A stretch of 64,000 bases of DNA, from the IMG/VR virus record IMGVR_UViG_3300031344_000002, positions 154,382 to 218,381 of that record; one strand, given 5' to 3'. Each line of letters starts with the position of its first letter. Within the stretch, counting starts at the first letter, position 1. The notes beneath the pieces are model-generated. The model saw only the letters and a program-made list of their open reading frames with translations. It did not search any database and was not told the origin of the DNA. Position numbers and translations under genes: made by a program. Below are positions 43,647 to 52,594 of this stretch, piece after piece.

Positions 43647-45965
43647 TTAAAATTCCATAACCACTTGTAAGATAGTAATTAACTTATCATCAAAATTTTC
43701 CATTCTATAAGGTAAATTAATATACTGTAAAACTTTTTCATTCTTTGCTTGTAATGCCAAAACTTCATCAATTTGTTTTTCCAATTTCTTTTGTGCTGCA
43801 GTTATTTTTATATTTGACAGGTCAAAATATGTAGATAAATATGGTTGAATATTAGCAATCTTATTTTCTCTACTTTTTGCAGGAATTGCAACAATACCAG
43901 CTTTAACATCATTGATTTTCTTACCCCATTTAGCATTTATCATAACAAATGATTTGTTGGTATATAATTCATGAATCTGATTGTATTTCTCAATAATCAT
44001 ATTGGTCTGAAAATACTGCATAATAGTATCAGATTTCCTATATAGTATCTTATTGAAGAAATCATCAACTTTATATGCTTTCTTGCAATATTGCATATAT
44101 TTAAGGTTATTTTCAGCCAATATAATGAACATTATACTTTTCTTACTTGCACCAGACCTTCTGTTTGAAAACTGATGGTCATAATCACTGTAATAAGTTA
44201 CCGGAATATCTTCACCAAATAATGTTGTGAATATTCTATATATTTCATGCAATTTGCTTTCATCAGCTTGATTACCATAGAAAATTGGACAATTATAATC
44301 AAAAAGACTTTCAAGTATAATTCTATATTTTGAATATCCACCTACGAACTTAACTGGAATGGTTGTATTGCGTAAGTCTTTGGACATTGAGTTTTTCTTC
44401 CTGTCAATCACAAAATCTTCTGGCACTTCCAATGTATCATAATTTTGTGCATGCTTACGTATAATCTCAAAATATTCTTCTTGCATTTCAAGTAATGATT
44501 GCATATAAGTTGTTGGTTTGCCTTTATCATCACATGTACTAGTAATTTGTGTATGAAAAAGGTCAGCAACATCATTTTGAATAAGTGAAGATGAATTACT
44601 AATGATATTGTTTTTTTCAATAATATGATATGTTTCGTACAAAGACTTTAAATATGCTTGCTTAACAATCTTGCGTACAAACATATCTTCAATATATAAT
44701 AAGTTTTTATTGTTATGTAATTCATCATAACCACCATCAAATCCATTACTAGTGCTGCTCCAACGACTTTTACGAGGTTTCTTACCATAAATACGAGATT
44801 TAAAAAAGAACTTGAATAAATGCTTATCAGAAGGCATTTTCATAAAACCATATTTGAAATTTGGAAAATCAACATCAGATTGTTTAATAAGTTTGCCAGT
44901 ATTAATACTACTACCATTACTAAAATTCAATACTCCAAAATTTTGTTTTACACTAAAGTATTCTTCTAATGTCTGGACATTCTGATATTGTTTTGAAATT
45001 AAAGCAATAATTTCTTTCTTAGCTGCTTCAAGTTTTTTCTTTAATATTTTAATCGTGTTCTCATCGTAATCCAGAGTTTCACGACTTATATTTACACCTA
45101 CTTCACCAACTTCAAGTTTTAATGCAATTGGAAGTTGATAATCACTTGAACTTAAATTAAGTATATTATAATCTATAGGATATGCAACTTTACCTAAACA
45201 TACATGCATGATAGTACCATAATCATCACCTCTGAATAAGAAAGATTTTCCACGAATGATTTGATATTTATTTGTCAGGGTTTTATCATAGCGAGTACTA
45301 TTATCATCATCTTCGTCAAATCCTTCGAAAACAACATTTTCAAAATAATAGAGTTGACGTACCATTTCTTTTGTAAATGTCTGCAGGTCTTTTTCTAATA
45401 CAGGTATACGAACTTCTGTGCCATTGTGTTCGTCAGTTTTCTCGCTGTGAAGTAATGATATTATAGGAGATTTTTTACTTTCATATATTTGATATGTATA
45501 TTTGATATTATCAAATATTGTAATAATAAAATAAGAATTATCATATTCACCTTCTCCAAAACCTGTGCTACGCTTGTAAGCCAGAGGACTCTTACTGCCT
45601 AACCCCCATTGACCGATTTGTTGAATATCTTCACGTTTTGTACTACTGAACATAACTGAAAATACATTATCAATTCTTTCTGTAGACATACCTACGCCAT
45701 AATCAATAAAAGAAACATAATAATTATTTGCTTGTTTATCAAAAATTTTCTTAATTATAACCGGAGTTTTAACACCAGCTTCAACATGACTATCAAAACA
45801 ATTTGAAGTTATTTCACGTACAACACTACCAATAGGATTGGTGTAAATGTTTTTTGAAAACATTTGAAAAATAATTGTTGCAGAATCTTTTGCTAATGTA
45901 ATATTCTTTTCTACTGTAGTTGTTTGTGTTTCAACATCTGAATAACTATTAACATTTAATTTCAT
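43647..45965 (-). CDS. rIIA: rIIA-like protein with N-terminal GHKL (HATPase_c) domain
   Basis: REITSNCFDSH, IDYGVGMS, STKR..IGQWGLGSKS, NGTEVRIPV; 772 aa, upstream of rIIB-like gene. Confidence 0.8.
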   Translation of the reverse strand: MKLNVNSYSDVETQTTTVEKNITLAKDSATIIFQMFSKNIYTNPIGSVVREITSNCFDSHVEAGVKTPVIIKKIFDKQANNYYVSFIDYGVGMSTERIDNVFSVMFSSTKREDIQQIGQWGLGSKSPLAYKRSTGFGEGEYDNSYFIITIFDNIKYTYQIYESKKSPIISLLHSEKTDEHNGTEVRIPVLEKDLQTFTKEMVRQLYYFENVVFEGFDEDDDNSTRYDKTLTNKYQIIRGKSFLFRGDDYGTIMHVCLGKVAYPIDYNILNLSSSDYQLPIALKLEVGEVGVNISRETLDYDENTIKILKKKLEAAKKEIIALISKQYQNVQTLEEYFSVKQNFGVLNFSNGSSINTGKLIKQSDVDFPNFKYGFMKMPSDKHLFKFFFKSRIYGKKPRKSRWSSTSNGFDGGYDELHNNKNLLYIEDMFVRKIVKQAYLKSLYETYHIIEKNNIISNSSSLIQNDVADLFHTQITSTCDDKGKPTTYMQSLLEMQEEYFEIIRKHAQNYDTLEVPEDFVIDRKKNSMSKDLRNTTIPVKFVGGYSKYRIILESLFDYNCPIFYGNQADESKLHEIYRIFTTLFGEDIPVTYYSDYDHQFSNRRSGASKKSIMFIILAENNLKYMQYCKKAYKVDDFFNKILYRKSDTIMQYFQTNMIIEKYNQIHELYTNKSFVMINAKWGKKINDVKAGIVAIPAKSRENKIANIQPYLSTYFDLSNIKITAAQKKLEKQIDEVLALQAKNEKVLQYINLPYRMENFDDKLITILQVVMEF

Positions 45966-46063
45966 TTTATTTGTGTTTTTGGTTTATACTAAGTTTCTCT
46001 TTGATATATGATACGAATAATATCAAAAAATGTTACAAAAACATTATAATTTTATTAATTTAA

Positions 46064-46096
46064 AAAAGGAAAGGTTACAAAAATGCAACCCTTCCT
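46064..46096 (-). terminator. Terminator-like hairpin
   Basis: AAGGAAAGGTTAC...GCAACCCTTCCTT with A-run on the left (U-tract on minus strand). Confidence 0.5.
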
Positions 46097-46204
46097 TGGG
46101 CAGTCCGGCACAAATAGTCCACGAAACTTCATCCACCAATCAATTTATCTTACGATAAATGATATTTTTATATTTTCGATTAATTTTTTCATTATAATAA
46201 TTTT

Positions 46205-47098
46205 TTATATATTACAAAAAAATTTAAATAATTCATTATATGTATTAAAAGAGAATTTGTAATTTCCCTGAAACAAATTATAAATTAGTGCTGCTCTATC
46301 ATTAGGATTAAAAATTCTTTCTTCTATAGATGAAGTACTTTTATAATCTTGTACCAGTTTATATAACAATTTTTCAACTTCTGTTTTAACATTTATAATT
46401 TTTTTATTTGCTTTCTTCTTATCTATTACTTTATTGATTATAGAATTGTTTTTAGGTTTTTTATGCGATTTAAAATCATATGTTACAACACTTTTGTTAT
46501 TATTTATAATAGTAGTTTTTCGAGGACTTTTAACAGTTTTGACACCCTCAACACTATAATCATATATTTTTTTGGTTTTGCTTGACATTTTATTATTAAT
46601 TTATTAATTCATCTTGCACTTTTCCACATCTTAAGCATTGTCTTTGCTGCCTATAATCATAATATCTTTGTCCATTATCACGAGAAATCATTGTTTGTGA
46701 ATATTGTATCCATTTGCCCCATTTATGTTTCCAGAAGCAACTACCTGAAGAATTATCATTTTCCATAATAAATTTTTTAATGTTTATAATATGTTAAATG
46801 CGAATAAATAATTAAAAATTGTAAGAACGATAAGCACTACAATTATATAATAGACACTTGGATGTCTTTTATACATACCAATAGTATTTTTTATCGGATG
46901 TTTAGTGAAAATAACATCGAGTATACATCTATGAGCAATAATATATGGTAGAATTGAAAGAATTATTATTATGGCACTAATAAATCCAACAATATACGGA
47001 TTTGATTTGGTTTCTGCAATAATAATCGGAATCCAACACGTAATTGCCATAGCAAAATAATCTTTACCTCGTTTTAAATATTCAATTTTTTCTTCCAT
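46205..47098 (-). CDS. Hypotheticals (46205..46588; 46784..47098 membrane)
   Basis: Co-oriented ORFs. Confidence 0.55.
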
Positions 47099-47259
47099 AT
47101 TAACTATTTATTTAATTTACTAACTAGTTCTCCATTGTTTCCCCATAAAACTAAGAATAATATTAAAACTAATTTCCAGTCATAAAATATCCAAGCTAAA
47201 GCCAATCCTATAAAAAGAATTAACGTTCCAAAAATTTGTAATTTTTTCATAAATAATAT

Positions 47260-47814
47260 TTATTTATTTTTCAATTTATTTAAATGTTCGATATCTTGTG
47301 GTGTTCCACTGAAATTAATCATTTCAAACCATGCTATTTTTAGGTCATCAGAAATTAAATCATCATCATATTCATAAGCCACATCAGCTTTAACCCATTT
47401 AGTAAATAATAATTCATTTTGCCCCCAATCATCTAAATCTTTGAAATAATATTCATTGCCTTTCCAGATGATAGGAAATTCATTACGACAAAAACCAATC
47501 CAAGCCGATAATCTTTGTTTACCATCAATTACTTGAAATGTTTTATGTTCGTGATGAATAAATGACATCATAGAGATGTTTAGATTTTTTAAAATTGATA
47601 ATATTAATTCTTGTTTCTGAAATAATGTCCAGACAAAAGGACGTTGTAAGTTCATTTTCTTTGTTGGTAAGTATACATCGAAATCTAAATCATATGGAAA
47701 ACTATCATTTTTCTTTTTTTCTATTATATCTTTTATATTAAATGCAACCAATCCATAGTTAATATGAAAAGGTAACTTTATTCTTACATCAGTTAATTTA
47801 AGTTCTTTTTTCAT
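47260..47814 (-). CDS. Stand-alone DUF262 (GmrS/ParB-like) domain protein
   Basis: LQRPFVW....QELILSIL...VIDGKQRL. Confidence 0.75.
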   Translation of the reverse strand: MKKELKLTDVRIKLPFHINYGLVAFNIKDIIEKKKNDSFPYDLDFDVYLPTKKMNLQRPFVWTLFQKQELILSILKNLNISMMSFIHHEHKTFQVIDGKQRLSAWIGFCRNEFPIIWKGNEYYFKDLDDWGQNELLFTKWVKADVAYEYDDDLISDDLKIAWFEMINFSGTPQDIEHLNKLKNK

Positions 47815-48811
47815 GATTTTGATTTTTCAATTAGACTTTTTACCCAATTCATATAGTCTTTAAACTCTTTATCTGAATAATGCCATACCATTTCAATATA
47901 AAGTCCTGACACTATTCCTTTATATCCAAATTCGGCAGTCATAACTTCTTCCATTCCACATTCAGCAATTTCAGTAAGTCGTTTTCTAGTTCTTTCTTTT
48001 AATTCAGGCTTTCTATATTCGTAAAAATGATTGCTATCAATATCAAAGCTAAAGCAACTACAATTTAATTTTCGTTTCCACGTAATTCTATAGTCTTGAT
48101 ATTCATATTTAATACCATCACCCCTTTGAATATAATAGCAATCATTTTTTTCATCATATCTTCCAAGTAAAATGGTTGTAAAATCTTTTACTTTAAAAAG
48201 ATATATATTATCTAAATTGCCATTGCTATCAATATCTAATAAATTTTCCATAATTTTAATTAAATTAATTGTTTCCTTCAATAATACCTAACCATTTTTG
48301 AATTATTTCGTCTTGAATATCTCCATCAATATTTTCCCATTCTTGTCTTAAACCTCGTCTATCCGATAAATCACTAATAATATCATAGACTTTAGCTATA
48401 TTACCTTTTGCTCGTTTTCCATCTAAAACTTGCTTGTAATATGCTTTGTAATGTTTTGAAGTAGGATTTAACATGGTTTTTATTTTTTATTAATTATACG
48501 AAAATAAAATCAAAATGTTACAATCAGCTAATTCCTATTTGATTTTTTTCTTTTTTAGTCATTTTATCATATTCTGCAAGCGAATAATAATGATTACAAT
48601 GATGACATTCAATACCTTTATTTTCACATTCCCTATGCCAAAAAGAATGACAATTTTTTGTTGTATATGATTTTTCATATCTTTCTTTATGTTCAGAAAG
48701 ACTAATTAGATAATGAGTTTTTATAAATTCTTCAACCGAAATTTTATCTTCTTTGGCAAGTTTGATAATTTTATTTAAATGCTTTTTATAATAATCTTCA
48801 AAAGTTTTCAT
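47811..48811 (-). CDS. Hypotheticals (47811..48281; 48265..48474; 48524..48811)
   Basis: Co-oriented ORFs. Confidence 0.6.
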
Positions 48812-48989
48812 ATTTTAAGAACAATGAATTAAAACCATTAAATTATAATCATCTTGAAGCATAGCACCAATCATTGCAGTCGCCTTTGCTTGTTTATTGG
48901 TCAATATTCCATCAACAAGTTTTTCTTTTTCATTTGATGTTAATTGGTCTTTTCTTTTAACTAATTTTTCAATTTGTTTTGTTGTCATA

Positions 48990-50066
48990 TTATTTAAATA
49001 ATTTCATTAATTCGTCAATATTTTTTCTAGTTAGTTTTTGATTTTGATATTCTGAAATTACAATTTGTTCATTGGAAATAATAATATTACCATTATATTC
49101 TTTATTCAAATTCATTAATTGAATCATGGCTTTAAAATCTCCTAATGAAAATTCTTTACAACCAATTTTTACTCTATCATTTTCTTTATCATATATTGCT
49201 TTATATCCTTCAATAATAATTTCTGGTTCTTTTACGATTTCCGCCCATTTACCATTTAAATATATTGCAGGATTAGAACAAGAATCTTCCCATTCACTTT
49301 GTGGTACTTTCGTTCTTAAGACATTTTTAGAATAATAATAATCATAATAATCAAAATCACTATATTCTCCAATGGTATTAATAAAATCATGCCCATCAAT
49401 GTTTTTAAATCTAGTTCCTACTTTAAATCCTTTGTGCTTTGCTACAATAATTAGAAATTCTTCTACTTGTTTAGGTGTTGCTTTAACTATAGAACCAAAA
49501 TAATCATCATTTTCTAAAACATGGTCATATTGGTCATCTATAACATCACCATCTTTTATTTGATATAATTCAGAATAATGATAGTGATTATTTTCAAATT
49601 TTTTGAATTTAAACAAGACTTTATTAACATTATCACCTTTCCAACTACAGTATAACCATTCTCCGAGTTGATATTGATGTGCTGTTTCACTTTTTTTATT
49701 AATTTTGTAATCAAATTCGTTTAATTTTTTAAGAAGTTCGACTTTTAAATTTTCAAATTCTTGTTTAATGTTATTGTTTTTCATATCAATTTTATTAGTT
49801 TTTATGACAATATTTCTCGATTCTTCTTTTAAAAATTCATTAAATGATAAAATAATACAACGAGTATAATCAGTTATATCATAACTACGAGAAAATCTAT
49901 CGGAATATTCGACATAAATATCTCTATCATCACACCAATATTCTTCCAATAAATTGGTGGGTTTATCGCCACTGTACCATTTCCAACCTTTCTTTTCAAA
50001 TATTTCCAAAACTTTATTAAATTCTTCTCGTGTTTTACAACATATTACTTTTCTTTTATTTTCCAT
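48990..50066 (-). CDS. Modular hypothetical protein, 358 aa
   Basis: C-terminal module shared with 25949..27079. Confidence 0.75.
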   Translation of the reverse strand: MENKRKVICCKTREEFNKVLEIFEKKGWKWYSGDKPTNLLEEYWCDDRDIYVEYSDRFSRSYDITDYTRCIILSFNEFLKEESRNIVIKTNKIDMKNNNIKQEFENLKVELLKKLNEFDYKINKKSETAHQYQLGEWLYCSWKGDNVNKVLFKFKKFENNHYHYSELYQIKDGDVIDDQYDHVLENDDYFGSIVKATPKQVEEFLIIVAKHKGFKVGTRFKNIDGHDFINTIGEYSDFDYYDYYYSKNVLRTKVPQSEWEDSCSNPAIYLNGKWAEIVKEPEIIIEGYKAIYDKENDRVKIGCKEFSLGDFKAMIQLMNLNKEYNGNIIISNEQIVISEYQNQKLTRKNIDELMKLFK

Positions 50067-50512
50067 GACGTTATTTATTGTTGTTAATTAATACGAATAT
50101 TAATTAAATTTGTTACACTTAATTGCTTATTTTTTCTTTAATCTTTATTTCTTTACCATCTAGTTTTTCAATAGCAATATTTTTTAATAGTTCATCATGA
50201 CAATTATTATATTCTAAAGGACGAAATCGTTCACTTTTAAAAGAATAATGTGTTGGTGGTGAAATATTGGAAAAACAAAATCTACAAATAGCAATATCGC
50301 TTGTAAATTTTTTACTGATTGAATAAAATATAAGTCCGGTTACACCACAACTGGAACAAGCATACATTTCATCAATAACATATATTTCATTTAATTTTAA
50401 TTCCGGTACACCTGAATTATCAATACATACAACTTTTTGCCCAATTTTAAACATAACTATTTATTTTTTTATTAATATTAAAATCTAAAAAATAGATTAC
50501 AAAGATAATGCA

Positions 50513-50935
50513 TTATTTATCACTTTTCCAAAATAATTTAGATTTAAGCATATTCATATCTGCAATATTTATTGCTTCTGTTATGTTATTATTTATATAA
50601 GCTACTCCAACACATACTTTTTCATTAAGACAAATCATATTAAATTCATTCGAAAAGAGTATAAATTCATCACCAGCATATCTTACAAAAATATCATTTT
50701 CTCCTAATTGAACTGAATTAACAATATTTTTTATATATTCATCACCAGCAGTATGACCGTTCTCATTTATTTTACGTAAATCATTAATATCTATGAAATA
50801 GACATAATTGGTTTTAATTTGGTCAATATTTTTATATAACCAATTTCTATTTAATAAACCAGTTAAAGAATCGTGATACGCTAAGTATTTTAATTCTCTA
50901 TATTCTTTTACTATTTTTCTAATTCTGGAAAACAT
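50513..50935 (-). CDS. Stand-alone GGDEF-domain protein (AGDEF active-site variant)
   Basis: AYHDSLTGLLNR, FIDINDLRKINE.GHTAGDEYI, VRYAGDEF. Confidence 0.85.
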   Translation of the reverse strand: MFSRIRKIVKEYRELKYLAYHDSLTGLLNRNWLYKNIDQIKTNYVYFIDINDLRKINENGHTAGDEYIKNIVNSVQLGENDIFVRYAGDEFILFSNEFNMICLNEKVCVGVAYINNNITEAINIADMNMLKSKLFWKSDK

Positions 50936-51193
50936 AATTTAAATTCTTTAATTGTTAAATGAGTCCACCAATTATTAATATTATCATTATTAAACATCAC
51001 TGCAATATGGTTTACTTTTGGTCGGCATGGTATATTATCCGCTTTACACCAACCAATAGCATATTTTCTTATAATATTTTTATTTAAAACAATTAATTCA
51101 GTTCTGTGTGGTATTCTTAAATTATTAATAATACTTCCACTTCTCCAAGTCAACCAATCAAAAGATTGCTCATTAAAATGTTCAATATAAATA

Positions 51194-52180
51194 TTATTCA
51201 TGTAATTCACGATATTTATTATTATGTGAAATGCAAACATCAAGGCAATTTTTACGGCATATATCATCTTTATAGCAATCATGGTTTTTAAACCATTCTA
51301 AGCGTTCTAGTCTCATATTTTCTGAAATCCTACCGATTGGCTCACCCTTTTCTCTCATGTAAATAACACAAGGAAAATGATAATCTCCGGCAATAACAGA
51401 ATCATCTAAAACTATTGCACATTTATTATAATCACTTTCACACATTCCTCTCACATTTTTGCCATTAGCAAAATTATTTATTCTATATTTCAAAATAGGA
51501 TGCGCATTAATTATTCCTTCTTCAACTTCATTAAGTCTTGGTATTGGTATATTCCACTGAGCAGCAGAAATAATACGAATATCTGCCACACCCAATTTAT
51601 GGGCAAATCTTATCGTTTCAATAGTTTTATCAATATTTTCTGGAGTTAATACAACACCAACAGTAACATAAGTTAATTTGGATATTGCTTTAATATTATC
51701 AACTACTTTAAACCAAGAATCCTTAATACCACCAGCCATTTTATCGCCATCATCAGCACAACAAGCATCTAATGATATTGAGAAATCATTACAACCAGCA
51801 TTAATAAGTGCCATATATAATTCAATTTTATTTGAACCATTAGTTGATATTGCAATTCTATTTATACCTTTATATTTAGCATAAGTAATTATTTCCACAA
51901 TATTTTTATGTAATGTTGGTTCACCGCCAGAAAATCTTATATTTTCTAATGGAATATCTTTACACCACAAATCAATATTATGTTTAATTTCTTCTAATGA
52001 AAGTTCTTTAATTTTTCTCTGTCCATATATTTCAGCTTTTAAACCTCTACAATAATTACAACGAAAATTACAATATTCGGTTATAATCATTTCACATCTT
52101 TTCATTTGAGATGTTATTGATACATTTCTCACTCTTTCATCAGATAATGTATAAAACCCAATTTCTTTTAAATTCATCAT
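51194..52180 (-). CDS. Radical SAM protein with Cys-rich C-terminus
   Basis: CNFRCNYC, IRFSGGEPTLH, ISTNGS; distal C...PC...C...C..VC. Confidence 0.9.
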   Translation of the reverse strand: MMNLKEIGFYTLSDERVRNVSITSQMKRCEMIITEYCNFRCNYCRGLKAEIYGQRKIKELSLEEIKHNIDLWCKDIPLENIRFSGGEPTLHKNIVEIITYAKYKGINRIAISTNGSNKIELYMALINAGCNDFSISLDACCADDGDKMAGGIKDSWFKVVDNIKAISKLTYVTVGVVLTPENIDKTIETIRFAHKLGVADIRIISAAQWNIPIPRLNEVEEGIINAHPILKYRINNFANGKNVRGMCESDYNKCAIVLDDSVIAGDYHFPCVIYMREKGEPIGRISENMRLERLEWFKNHDCYKDDICRKNCLDVCISHNNKYRELHE

Positions 52181-52485
52181 AATATATTTAAAGTTTCAAT
52201 AATTCCTTCAGTTAAAGCTGATTCAAAAGTATAATGTAAACCAACTTTATCATCTAATTCTGGGTATTCAATTACACCCCAGATGTACCCATTACCTATC
52301 TTTTCGTTTGTAGTGTACATACAATTAAGATGAATATTTTTATCATTCCTTAACCAACGTTTAATGAACGATAATGCCAGTAAATTTAAATCATCGTCAT
52401 TACAAAAATCAAATACAGGTAATTTCATTCCCTTGCTAGAAGCAAGATTGAGTAAATCATGAGAAAGTTTAATAAGATTTTCCAT
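52177..52485 (-). CDS. Distant fifth member of the 41.7-43.2 kb paralog family
   Basis: LA..KG...FIKRWLRNDKNIH...FESALTEGIIETL. Confidence 0.5.
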   Translation of the reverse strand: MENLIKLSHDLLNLASSKGMKLPVFDFCNDDDLNLLALSFIKRWLRNDKNIHLNCMYTTNEKIGNGYIWGVIEYPELDDKVGLHYTFESALTEGIIETLNIL

Positions 52486-52594
52486 GTGTAATGATTATAT
52501 GTTTTAATTATAATACGAAAATTATTAAATTTTGTTGCAAATATATAAAAATAATTTAAATAATAGTGGTTAAATCTAAATATTTATATTATAT

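Noticed and set aside
46090-46145. GC-richer patch next to a terminator as a tRNA
   Set aside because: No cloverleaf, T-loop (GTTCRA) or matching acceptor stem found on either strand.
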